This document shows positions 17,214 through 26,549 of a stretch of 54,513 nt of DNA, one piece after another (position 1 is the first letter of the stretch; every line of letters starts with the position of its first letter). Source of the stretch: an uncultured Bifidobacterium sp. (lineage in GTDB: Bacteria; Verrucomicrobiota; Verrucomicrobiia; Limisphaerales; JADLHS01); the NCBI GenBank assembly GCA_964355895.1, contig CAYHFK010000001.1:1588-56100 (forward strand). Direction: 5' to 3'. A program made the position numbers and the translations under genes. The notes beneath the pieces were generated by a model. It saw only the letters and a program-made list of their open reading frames with translations, did no database searches and was not told where the DNA came from.

Positions 17214-18803
17214 ATGAACAATCATCACCCCCACTGGAGAACTTGTTGGTTTTCCATCTGGCTCATCACGCTGACCCTAACCTTCGCCAGTGCAGGCCTC
17301 GCCGCCAATTCGGCCGTCGTGCCGACCGGGCGGACCAACGCCAATTGGCTCCTGCGGCATGAGGCCATGAATCAGCGGGCCCGGCAGGGAAACGTGGACT
17401 TGATCTACGTCGGCGATTCCATCGTGCAGCACTTCGACAACCAGGGCAAAGAGGTCTGGCAACAATACTACGCGGACCGCAACGCCTTGAATCTGGGCAT
17501 CAGCGGCGACCGGACCGAACACGTTCTGTGGCGGCTGGATCATGGAAACATTGAGGGCCTCGCGCCGAAACTGGCGGTTGTGATGATTGGTCAAAACAAC
17601 GGCGGGCTCAACACCGGGGAAGAAATCGCCGCGGGTGTCATCGCGATTGTCCAAAAGCTCCGCGCCAAGCTGCCCCACACCAAGATTCTGCTGCTCGGAA
17701 TTTTTCAGCGGCGCGAGAAGCCCACACCGGAGCGCGCTGTGTTGACCCAAGCCAACGAGATCGCGGCGAAGCTGGCGGACGATAAAACCATTTTCTACAT
17801 GGACATCAACTGCCTTTACGTCCAGCCGGATGGTTCGATTTCGCGCTCGCTGATGTATGACTTTGAACATCCCACCCCATTGGGACATCGCGTTTGGGCT
17901 GAGGCCATCGAACCCAAGGTCGCGGAACTGATGGGTGATAAACCGATCGCTCCCGCGGTCGCGGCAACGAAACCCGTTCGCGTTCTTATCTGGGACGAAC
18001 AACAACCCCAACAGAAGCAAGCTTACGGGGATAAGTATCTCGGCGAGACCATCGCTATGCACCTCGGCGCGAAATCCAGCTTCACCGTGAAGACCGTGAA
18101 CCTCGACTCGCCGGAGCAAGGACTCGACGAAGCAACCCTCGACGCAACGGATGTCGTGGTCTGGTGGGGGCACGTCCGAAACCCAGCCGTCACTGACGCG
18201 AACGCCGAGCGCGTCGTTGCGCGTGTCACGGCAGGTAAACTCAGCTTGATCGCTTTGCACTCCGCGCATTGGGCCAAACCGTTCGTCCGACTGATGCAGG
18301 ATCGCGCGAAGTCCGACGCCCTCGCTCAAGTGCCCGCCGCCGATCGGGCGACGGCGAAGTGGGAATTCTCGAACGAGGTTACCACCTACAAAGCCCCGCA
18401 GCGCGATGATCCGCTCACACCTTCACTTGAGCATGTGGGTGATGTCTGGCGACTCGCGTTACCGATCTGCGTCTTCCCCGCGTATCGCCCCGACGGTGCG
18501 CCGTCGCATGTTACCACTTTGCTGCCGCAACATCCCATTGCCGCTGGCCTGCCGGCGAAGTGGGATGTGGCGCAGACTGAAATGTATGACGAACCCTTTC
18601 ACGTTCCACCACCCGACGCGGTGGTCTTTGAAGAGCGGTGGGACAAGGGCGAATACTTCCGCAGCGGTTGCATCTGGCAGATCGGCAAAGGTCGCGTGTT
18701 TTACTTTCGTCCCGGCCACGAAACCTATCCGGTTTACAAGCAAGCCGAGCCGCTGCGCGTGATTGAAAACGCCATGCGCTGGCTGGGGACAGAAGGCAAA
18801 TAA
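17214..18803 (+). CDS. SGNH/GDSL hydrolase fused to a ThuA-like (trehalose-utilisation, GATase1-fold) domain
   Basis: SGNH blocks VGDSIV, GISGD, MIGQNNG, DFEHPT. C-terminal VRVLIWDEQ..VVVWWGHV..IALHSAH..GRVFYFRPGHETYP typical of ThuA. ATG 17214 (TTG 17205 possible). Confidence 0.85.
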   Translation: MNNHHPHWRTCWFSIWLITLTLTFASAGLAANSAVVPTGRTNANWLLRHEAMNQRARQGNVDLIYVGDSIVQHFDNQGKEVWQQYYADRNALNLGISGDRTEHVLWRLDHGNIEGLAPKLAVVMIGQNNGGLNTGEEIAAGVIAIVQKLRAKLPHTKILLLGIFQRREKPTPERAVLTQANEIAAKLADDKTIFYMDINCLYVQPDGSISRSLMYDFEHPTPLGHRVWAEAIEPKVAELMGDKPIAPAVAATKPVRVLIWDEQQPQQKQAYGDKYLGETIAMHLGAKSSFTVKTVNLDSPEQGLDEATLDATDVVVWWGHVRNPAVTDANAERVVARVTAGKLSLIALHSAHWAKPFVRLMQDRAKSDALAQVPAADRATAKWEFSNEVTTYKAPQRDDPLTPSLEHVGDVWRLALPICVFPAYRPDGAPSHVTTLLPQHPIAAGLPAKWDVAQTEMYDEPFHVPPPDAVVFEERWDKGEYFRSGCIWQIGKGRVFYFRPGHETYPVYKQAEPLRVIENAMRWLGTEGK

Positions 18804-18837
18804 GCGCGCCGCTGATGCCAAGCATGTTTGACTCAAT

Positions 18838-20742
18838 ATGAAACGATCCCTCCTCCCGCTCACCGCCCTGCTGCTCGCTCCGCTGGTTGCGCTCCAGGCC
18901 GCCGATGCGCCGTCGAAAGTTTTACCCCTGCCGGGCGAGGTGTTTCTCGTGCAAGGCCACACCGCCTTTCTGATTCGCCCGCCAACGAATTCCATGAGAA
19001 GCCCAATCCCCTGGGTTTGGTACGCGCCGACGCTTCCGGGGTTGCCGGGCAACGAAGAGAAATGGATGTTTGAGCGTTTCACGCAGGCCGGCATCGCCAT
19101 CGCCGGAATTGATGTCGGGGAATCTTATGGGAGTCCGGACGGCCGCGCGCTTTACTCCGCTTTATATGAAGAACTCACCCGACATCGCGGCTTTGCGCCA
19201 AAGGCCGTGATGCTCGGCCGCAGCCGGGGCGGATTGATGACGCTCGGTTGGGCGGCGGAGAACGCGGACAAGGTTGCTGGTTTCGCCGGCATTTATCCTG
19301 TCTGCAACATCGCCAGTTATCCGGGAGTGACGAATGCCGCTGGTGCATACCACATGACCGCCGAACAACTCTCGGCGCAACTCACGAAACACAATCCGAT
19401 TGATCGTCTCGCTCTGCTGGCCCAAGCGGGCGTGCCGCTGTTCGCAATCCACGGCGATATTGACCAGACCGTTCCACTCGAAGCGAACTCTGGTGAAATG
19501 CGGAAACGATACGAAGCCCTCGGCGGCCAGATGCAACTCATCGTCCCGGCTGGCCAGGGACACAACATGTGGGAGGGGTTCTTCCAATGTCAGGAACTCG
19601 TGGACTACGTCATCGCCCAGGTGGAGCGAACCTGTATCACGCTTTCGTCGCCTCTGGATTATCAGGTCGTTCAGCGAAGGACAAACGACGCCGGCAGCAT
19701 CGTTATCGCAGGTGCTCTCGCTAGCACTGATGTCAAAACGATCATGCTTGAGGCGCGAACCGTTGCCGATGGGAAGGTCGGCGAATGGCAGAGGCCCGCA
19801 GCGACATTTCAGGGTTCGGCATTTCAAGCCACGATGGAGCTTCCGTCGGGCGGTTGGTATCGCTTGGAAGTGCGGGTCTCAAGCGGAGACAAGGCTCTCG
19901 CCGAAACCGCGGTCGAACATGTCGGCGTCGGCGAGGTGTTCGTCGTAGCCGGTCAGTCGAACTCCGCCAATCACGGTGAGGAGAAGCAGATCACGAAGAC
20001 CGGCAAGGTTGCCACCTTCGCCGGCCGACGCTGGCAGTTAGCCAACGATCCCCAACCCGGCGCCAGCGGCGGCGAAGGGAGTTTTCTGCCTCCCTTTGGC
20101 GATGCAATGGCCCAACGCTTTGACGTGCCGGTGGGCTTCATCGCCTGTGGAGTCGGCGCATCCAGTGTGCGGGAGTGGTTGCCGAAGGGCGCGAAGTTTC
20201 CAAACCCACCGACGATAACCGGTCGCGTGCGCCAGCTCCCTGCCGGCGAATGGGAAAGCAAAGGCGAGGCATTCGAGGTGTTTGTATCCCGCATGAAACA
20301 ACTCGGGCCGCACGGCTTCCGGGCGGTGCTCTGGCATCAGGGCGAAAGCGACGCGAATCAGCAGGACCCCACACGCACATTGGCAGGCAATCTTTACCGC
20401 GAATTTCTGGAAAAACTCATCCGCGACTCGCGGCGCGAGATCGGCTGGGACGCGCCATGGTTCGTGGCGCAGGTCAGTTATCACGTGCCCGGCGATGAAG
20501 CCTCGCCCGACATCCGTGCGGCGCAGGCGTCGTTGTGGAAGGATGGCATCGCCCTTGAAGGTCCAGACACCGATGCGCTCAAAAGCGAGTGGCGCGACTC
20601 CGGCGGCAAAGGCGTTCACTTCAGCGGGCCGGGTTTACGCGAACACGCCAGGCGATGGTTTGAAAAAGTTGCCCCGTGGCTCGAATCACCCCCCGTTGGC
20701 GTGGGATCGAAGTCCAACAAGAAACCGCCGCTGTCAAACTGA
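18838..20742 (+). CDS. alpha/beta-hydrolase esterase fused to a sialate O-acetylesterase-like (SASA/DUF303) domain
   Basis: Signal peptide. N-terminal alpha/beta-hydrolase with GRSRGG nucleophile elbow and HGDIDQTVP. C-terminal FVVAGQSNSANHG and AVLWHQGESD are SASA hallmarks. Confidence 0.85.
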   Translation: MKRSLLPLTALLLAPLVALQAADAPSKVLPLPGEVFLVQGHTAFLIRPPTNSMRSPIPWVWYAPTLPGLPGNEEKWMFERFTQAGIAIAGIDVGESYGSPDGRALYSALYEELTRHRGFAPKAVMLGRSRGGLMTLGWAAENADKVAGFAGIYPVCNIASYPGVTNAAGAYHMTAEQLSAQLTKHNPIDRLALLAQAGVPLFAIHGDIDQTVPLEANSGEMRKRYEALGGQMQLIVPAGQGHNMWEGFFQCQELVDYVIAQVERTCITLSSPLDYQVVQRRTNDAGSIVIAGALASTDVKTIMLEARTVADGKVGEWQRPAATFQGSAFQATMELPSGGWYRLEVRVSSGDKALAETAVEHVGVGEVFVVAGQSNSANHGEEKQITKTGKVATFAGRRWQLANDPQPGASGGEGSFLPPFGDAMAQRFDVPVGFIACGVGASSVREWLPKGAKFPNPPTITGRVRQLPAGEWESKGEAFEVFVSRMKQLGPHGFRAVLWHQGESDANQQDPTRTLAGNLYREFLEKLIRDSRREIGWDAPWFVAQVSYHVPGDEASPDIRAAQASLWKDGIALEGPDTDALKSEWRDSGGKGVHFSGPGLREHARRWFEKVAPWLESPPVGVGSKSNKKPPLSN

Positions 20743-20752
20743 CTGCCGCCCA

Positions 20753-21442
20753 ATGAAAACACCCTGCCTCACCCTCACCATTCTGTTGCTGCTGACGCCG
20801 CTTTCGTCGCTGCGCGCCCTCGAACCCCTGCCGGCGTTCGCGCCGGGCACGCGCATCTTGTTTCAAGGCGACTCGATCACGGATGGCAATCGCGGGCGCA
20901 GCGCCGACCCAAATCACATCCTCGGTCACGGCTTCGTCTTTATCATCGCGGCCAAGCATGGCGCGGCGTTCCCGGAAGCGAACCTCGACTTCATGAATCG
21001 CGGCGTCAGCGGCAACACCGTGCGCGATCTGGAGCACCGCTGGCAGCCGGACGTTCTCGATTTGAAGCCCGGCTTACTGAGCATCCTCATTGGCGTCAAT
21101 GACGACAGTAAGAATCTGCCGTTTGTCGAATACGAGGAAGTTTATGACAAACTCATCCGCCAGGCGCGCGCGGCGAACTCGAAGCTGAAACTGGTCTTGT
21201 GCGAGCCCTTCGTAAAGCCCACCGGGAAGGTCAACGAAGGCATCCAAAAACGGCAGGCGATCGTCGCCCGGCTCGCGCAGAAGCACGGCGCCGCGCTGGT
21301 TCGTTTCCAGCCCATCTTCGATGCCGCGGCGAAACGCGCGCCGGCTGATTACTGGATCTGGGATCAGGTACACCCGACCTATAACGGCCACCAGCTCATG
21401 GCCGACGAATGGGAGCGGGTGGTGCGTGATTTTTGGAAATAG
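20753..21442 (+). CDS. SGNH/GDSL-family esterase
   Basis: ATG 20753 with signal peptide. Blocks FQGDSITDG, GVSGN, LIGVNDD, WDQVHPT. Confidence 0.88.
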   Translation: MKTPCLTLTILLLLTPLSSLRALEPLPAFAPGTRILFQGDSITDGNRGRSADPNHILGHGFVFIIAAKHGAAFPEANLDFMNRGVSGNTVRDLEHRWQPDVLDLKPGLLSILIGVNDDSKNLPFVEYEEVYDKLIRQARAANSKLKLVLCEPFVKPTGKVNEGIQKRQAIVARLAQKHGAALVRFQPIFDAAAKRAPADYWIWDQVHPTYNGHQLMADEWERVVRDFWK

Positions 21443-21680
21443 AACCGGAGCAAGCGGCTCTCAAAAATCATGAACCGATAGCGTTGCAATAACCCGCCGG
21501 TCGAAAGCGGATGGATGCGCCGACGCCAGCGAATACCGGTTCCAGTTCCGGCGCGGGCGGGCTGACCGGCTTGCCGCTCTAGGGCTTGTAACGATTTCTA
21601 AAGATAACCCTGTTGACACGCCCAGACACAAGGATTTAGGGTCGTCATCGAACAGCACAAACCATCAACACCGCATCAAC

Positions 21681-22271
21681 ATGAGAACAACCCCAAAAAT
21701 CGCCTGCGTCCTTCTTGCAGTGGCCGCTATCGCTGCTATGGCGGCATTGGCTGACGAAAAGAAGAATGTCAGGATGGAGCCGGAAAACGTCATTGTCCAG
21801 CGAATGGATACTTTGTACGGCTTGGCAACGGGTATCGGTAGGACAGCATTGGGGGCACCCTTCGGACGGTACCTTCTCCTCCGCCACGATGACGAAATGT
21901 TAGCGATTAAAATCATACAACACAGCTCGGGTTTATCGAAGTCACAATATGAGTGGGTATGGCTGCGAGGTGAGAAACAAGAAGAGGGAGTCGGTTGGCT
22001 TTCCGAAACAGATTCACAAGAGCCAGATTTTGTCGTCATTCACTCATTCAACGTGAAATGGTCATCCGGGGACTGGTTCTATTTTAATAAACCCGGGTTG
22101 GAGATGGCCCGGACTGAGATAGTGGACAAGGAGAAAATCAAAAAGCTTGTTGAAACTCCAAGCTGGCTTACGAAAGAGTCCTTGAAACTTGCGCATGAGG
22201 CTAGGATTGCGGGTTTCCAGCAATGTCTTAAAGACTCCGCAGTAAATCCCAGCGGTCAACAGGCAAAATAG
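21681..22271 (+). CDS. hypothetical secreted protein (low-GC insert)
   Basis: ATG 21681, signal peptide IACVLLAVAAIAAMAALA, 196 aa, GC clearly below the flanks. No family recognised. Confidence 0.6.
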   Translation: MRTTPKIACVLLAVAAIAAMAALADEKKNVRMEPENVIVQRMDTLYGLATGIGRTALGAPFGRYLLLRHDDEMLAIKIIQHSSGLSKSQYEWVWLRGEKQEEGVGWLSETDSQEPDFVVIHSFNVKWSSGDWFYFNKPGLEMARTEIVDKEKIKKLVETPSWLTKESLKLAHEARIAGFQQCLKDSAVNPSGQQAK

Positions 22272-22351
22272 CTGAAGCCCAATATCAAGTTAATCGCCTA
22301 ACCCCCGGACTTAGGGTCTTCATCAATGAACCGGAGAGATACAAAAATTAT

Positions 22352-22666
22352 ATGCGCCATAGACCTCGCAAGATGTGGTTAGGTCGCTTCTACTGGAGGA
22401 CGGTTAAGCGGTGGCCAATAATTTACGTCCTGTGTTGCTGCTTTGGCGTTGCGGTGGGAATCGGTAGCTTTTACTTGTCTGGCGAACCAGAGCCGAACGA
22501 ACGCCAGGCCATTTTTTTGAAGGTACTCGGAGTTCTTATGCTGTTTGTCTATGGGTGGCTTATTGTTGCGTTTGCCATGAGATTCAAGCGAGGCGTTTGG
22601 AGTAGCCATTGTGAGAGTCGGATTTTACTTTTTGAAGGTCGCGATGATTCAAATGTCGTGGCCTAA
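22352..22666 (+). CDS. hypothetical small membrane protein (low-GC insert)
   Basis: ATG 22352, two TM segments (IIYVLCCCFGVAVGIGSFYL, LGVLMLFVYGWLIVAFAM), 104 aa. Confidence 0.5.
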   Translation: MRHRPRKMWLGRFYWRTVKRWPIIYVLCCCFGVAVGIGSFYLSGEPEPNERQAIFLKVLGVLMLFVYGWLIVAFAMRFKRGVWSSHCESRILLFEGRDDSNVVA

Positions 22667-22954
22667 ATCCGGTTAGACGTATCCACGCTAGCTCTGGTAT
22701 CAGCAAGCCTCTGTTGGCAATTGGACGTAGCGGGAAAATTCAGCGGCCCTGATGCGTGGTTGCAAGGTCAGGCCATCTGGCATCGGCTCACCGCCTTTCC
22801 TTGGCCGGCATGTATCTGTTCTACCGTTCTGAGGTGAACTTGAATCACGCGGAGGATGCCTTCCTCCCAGAAAAAAGTCTTAATCGAAGTTTCCAGCCGG
22901 AGCGGAGAACAAGGAGATGGTTGATCATTTGATCCAAAGCGCTAACTTCCCCGC

Positions 22955-24523
22955 ATGAAATCGCTGCGGATCAATCGCCCACGCAGTGTGGGTTACGCGT
23001 TGTTGTCGGTGCTCGTGCCGCTCGCTCAGTTGCTTCCGGCAGCAGCAGCGGAGTCCAAACCCGTCCGGCCCAACATCGTTTACATCCTCGCCGACGACAT
23101 GGGCATCGGCGACGTGTCGCACCTGAATCCCCGAAGCGCATGGCCGACGCCCAACCTTGATCGGCTGGCGCGCGAGGGCCTGGTGTTCACGGATGCGCAC
23201 TCCGCCTCGGGGGTCTGCACCCCCAGCCGCTACGCGTTGCTTACCGGCCGCTATTCCTGGCGCGGCCGGCTAAAGCAGAGCGTGCTCCACGGCTACGACC
23301 CGGCGCTCATCGAGCCCGGCCGGCTCACGGTGCCCGGTTTGCTCCGCGCGCACGGTTACGCGACCGCGATGGTCGGCAAGTGGCACCTGGGGCTCGACTG
23401 GGTGCGCACCGGCCCAAAACTCACGGACGTTGATTTCGGCCAGCCCTTTGGCGGCGGGCCGATCGCGAACGGATTCGACTCGTTTTACGGCATCACCGCT
23501 TCGCTCGACATGCCGGCCTACTTTTATCTTGAGAACGACCGCGTCGTTCAGCTGCCCAGTGGCAAGATTGGCGACAGTCCCAAACCGCCCATGTGGCGTG
23601 CCGGCCCCATCAGCCCGGATTTTCGCCATGCGGAAGTGTTGCCGCGCCTCACGGAAAAAGCGCTCGCCTACCTCGCCCTACAGTCCGCCGCGCCGGAGGC
23701 CAGACCCTTCTTCCTCTACTTTGCGCTCACGGCGCCGCACACTCCAATCTCCCCCACGGCCGAGTTCCAGGGCAAGAGCCACACCAATCCCTACGGCGAC
23801 TTCACGCTGCAAGTGGACGCGATCGTGGGCCAGGTGCTGGCGGCGCTCGACGCCCGCGGCCTCGCCAGGAACACGCTCGTCATTTTCACCGCGGACAACG
23901 GCTGCTCCCCGGCGGCGAACCTTGAGGAGCTGCGTAAGTTTCACCACGACCCGAGCGCCGGCTACCGCGGCCACAAGGCCGACCTCTACGAGGGCGGGCA
24001 CCGCGTGCCCTTTATCGCGCGCTGGCCCGCGCAGACCCCGGCGGGCACTCGTTGCGCACAGCTTGTTGGGCAACTGGACCTGCTTGCCACTTGCGCGGAT
24101 TTGCTCGGCGCTCCGCTGCCGGTCTCCGTGGGTGAGGACAGTGTCAGCATCCTCCCGCTGTTGCGCGGCCTGGAACCCAAGGCGCCGGTGCGCGAAGCGC
24201 TGGTGCATGAATCGGACAATGGTTCGTTCGCCATCCGGCAGGGCAACTGGAAGCTCTGCCTTTGCGCGGGCTCCGGCGGCTGGAGCTTTCCCAAGCCAGG
24301 CAAGGACAGCGAAGGGTTGCCGCGTTTCCAACTTTTCGATCTCGCCGCCGATCCGGCGGAGAAAACCAACCTGGCACCCGCGCATCCCGAGATCGTGCAA
24401 CGTTTGGGTCGCCTGATGCGGTCTTACATTGAGCGGGGGCGCAGCACCCCCGGCGCACCACAGACGAACGCGCCGTCCAGCAACTGGCCGCAGACGGCGT
24501 GGATGAAAGATTTTCCAAATTGA
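22955..24523 (+). CDS. arylsulfatase-type (formylglycine-dependent) sulfatase
   Basis: Signal peptide, PNIVYILADDMG, and the CTPSRYALLTGR (C-x-P-x-R) formylglycine motif. Confidence 0.92.
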   Translation: MKSLRINRPRSVGYALLSVLVPLAQLLPAAAAESKPVRPNIVYILADDMGIGDVSHLNPRSAWPTPNLDRLAREGLVFTDAHSASGVCTPSRYALLTGRYSWRGRLKQSVLHGYDPALIEPGRLTVPGLLRAHGYATAMVGKWHLGLDWVRTGPKLTDVDFGQPFGGGPIANGFDSFYGITASLDMPAYFYLENDRVVQLPSGKIGDSPKPPMWRAGPISPDFRHAEVLPRLTEKALAYLALQSAAPEARPFFLYFALTAPHTPISPTAEFQGKSHTNPYGDFTLQVDAIVGQVLAALDARGLARNTLVIFTADNGCSPAANLEELRKFHHDPSAGYRGHKADLYEGGHRVPFIARWPAQTPAGTRCAQLVGQLDLLATCADLLGAPLPVSVGEDSVSILPLLRGLEPKAPVREALVHESDNGSFAIRQGNWKLCLCAGSGGWSFPKPGKDSEGLPRFQLFDLAADPAEKTNLAPAHPEIVQRLGRLMRSYIERGRSTPGAPQTNAPSSNWPQTAWMKDFPN

Positions 24524-26394
24524 AACTCAGGCTTCAGTTGCTCCTGTCTGTTGCGCTGCTCGCGCGCGCCCCGGCGGCGACTCCGCTTCCGGAAGCCGAC
24601 CGCCTGGCCGCGATCGCCACGCGCGTCGAGGCGGGTTGCCGCCAGGTCGAGGCAGGCCTCGCCCAGCCGAACCCGCAACCTTCGGTGCGCCAATTGACTT
24701 CCGCCGCGCTGGGCAGATTGGAACTCGGAGACGAGCCGGCCCGCGCGGAGAAGCTGGTGCGCCACGCGTTCGGTTTGCAGGACATGGACCCCGCTTCGCC
24801 GGGCTACGGCACCGTGCCGTGGCAGCAAGGCCATCCGGAAATCAAGGACCCCAACGCCATCGAATTCACCATGCAGCCGGTGAGCGTGATGCTGCTGCGG
24901 CACGGCGCCAAATTATCCGAATCCTTCAAGCAGGCCGCGCCGCCGCACGTCCGCGCCGCGATCGCGGCCATCCGGCGGCACACTGTGCCGGTGAAATACT
25001 CGAACATTTACCTGATGAAACTCGCCAACCTGCTGTTACTCGGCCAGGCGATGGGCGATGGCGCCGCGATCGCGGAAGGCAAGGCCAACTTCGAGACGTG
25101 GCTGGCTTTCACCCGGACCAACGGCGTGCCGGAATACGACAGTCCGACCTATTCGCCGATCCAGGCCGATTGCCTCGCGCTGGCGCACAACCTCACGAGC
25201 GACGTGGCGCTGAAAGCCAGGCTCAAAGCCGCGCTGGATTTCTACTGGGCCGACTTCGCGGCAAATTATTTTGCGGGCCGGCAAACGATGACTGGTCCGG
25301 CGAGCCGGAACTACAACCAGGGATTTCTGTTCAGCGACGCCAACATTGAATACCGCTATTACCTTGCCGGGCTGCGTTCCAAGCCGCCCGCCGATACGTT
25401 CTTAAGCGACTCCGTGCGGGCCTGGACGGTGGCGCGGATGAACGACTACCGGCCCACGCGGGACATCCTCGCGCTGGCGGATTTGCCGGAGCGCGGGGTG
25501 CGGTCGAAGTTCGGCGCGGGGCCCGGGCAGGATCGTTATGTCTGGATCACACCCGATTTTTCCCTCGGCAGCGCCAGCGCTTACCATGGTCCGCAGGATC
25601 GGCGGATTTGCGCCGAGCTGGCTTCGGAGAAAAAGCTGCCGCTGATCAGTTTCGTGGTGGATGCGTTGGATGCGCCCTTTGGTTTGGTGCGCTCCACCGA
25701 CCGCGGCGGACACAGCAAGCCGCATCATCTGCCGCATCTGCTCGCCACGGTGCAGGAAAAAGGTTTCCTGCTGGCGCTGATGGACCTGTCGCCCGCCATT
25801 CATTACGGCGAATTCACCAATCTTGCCAGCAACATTCTGCTGCCCGTGCGCGCGGATCAACTGGTGCTTGACGGAAAAACCGTGGACGCCACGAAGCCCT
25901 TCCAGATCGCCGCTGACGCGAAGGCGGTGGTGGGCGTGCGCGAAGGCAAAGCCGCCGTGGCCGTCCGCTTGTTCGCCGCGGATGGCGCCGCCGGGCAGAC
26001 GCCGGCGTGGACGCTGGAGTTCGACGGCAACGAACCCGGCGCCGGCCGGCTCGCGGTCCACCACTATCGCGGCGCGGCGCAAAAATTGGCGGGGTCGAGC
26101 GTGCGGTGTGGACTGATCATGCTCGCGGCGCGGTGTGAAACCGCGGCGGAGTTCACCGCGTTCCTGAGGCGCGCGGCGCAAATCGAGCTGGCTGAAACAT
26201 CGCAGGCCGGCGTCTGGCGAGTGAACGCGAAGTCGGGAGCGGTCGAGTTGGAGGCCGGTCTGGATTTGAACCAGAAGGAGATTGCGCTGCGTCGGGTGAA
26301 CGGCCGGAACTGGCAGCCTGAGGTTCTGAGCGTGAATGGCCGGGACCTGGCCACCGCGACGCTGGGTCGGAAGCCCGCAGTTGAAAACCACTGA
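24520..26394 (+). CDS. hypothetical secreted protein, co-transcribed with the sulfatase (helical N-half, beta-rich C-half; possibly a lyase/hydrolase)
   Basis: TTG 24520 gives MKLRLQLLLSVALLA signal peptide and a TTGA overlap with the sulfatase stop (GTG 24499 also possible). Long clean ORF, no family recognised. Confidence 0.7.
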   Translation: MKLRLQLLLSVALLARAPAATPLPEADRLAAIATRVEAGCRQVEAGLAQPNPQPSVRQLTSAALGRLELGDEPARAEKLVRHAFGLQDMDPASPGYGTVPWQQGHPEIKDPNAIEFTMQPVSVMLLRHGAKLSESFKQAAPPHVRAAIAAIRRHTVPVKYSNIYLMKLANLLLLGQAMGDGAAIAEGKANFETWLAFTRTNGVPEYDSPTYSPIQADCLALAHNLTSDVALKARLKAALDFYWADFAANYFAGRQTMTGPASRNYNQGFLFSDANIEYRYYLAGLRSKPPADTFLSDSVRAWTVARMNDYRPTRDILALADLPERGVRSKFGAGPGQDRYVWITPDFSLGSASAYHGPQDRRICAELASEKKLPLISFVVDALDAPFGLVRSTDRGGHSKPHHLPHLLATVQEKGFLLALMDLSPAIHYGEFTNLASNILLPVRADQLVLDGKTVDATKPFQIAADAKAVVGVREGKAAVAVRLFAADGAAGQTPAWTLEFDGNEPGAGRLAVHHYRGAAQKLAGSSVRCGLIMLAARCETAAEFTAFLRRAAQIELAETSQAGVWRVNAKSGAVELEAGLDLNQKEIALRRVNGRNWQPEVLSVNGRDLATATLGRKPAVENH

Positions 26395-26473
26395 TCGGCG
26401 CTCATCGCCGCTCATCTGAAAGCGGTTGATGAGATTATGAACCTGATCCGCGGCTGACGTTCTTCCCTGCATT

Positions 26474-26549
26474 CGCCAACGGATGAAACGTGCCAGCGGA
26501 TGGGGAATTACTTCCGAACAAATCCGTTGGCACGTTTCATCCGTTGGCG
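26474..26549. repeat. 28-bp-arm inverted repeat (near-perfect hairpin, 20-nt loop)
   Basis: cgccaacggatgaaacgtgccagcggat (26474-26501) pairs with atccgttggcacgtttcatccgttggcg (26522-26549), with a single G-T. No U-tract follows. Confidence 0.85.
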
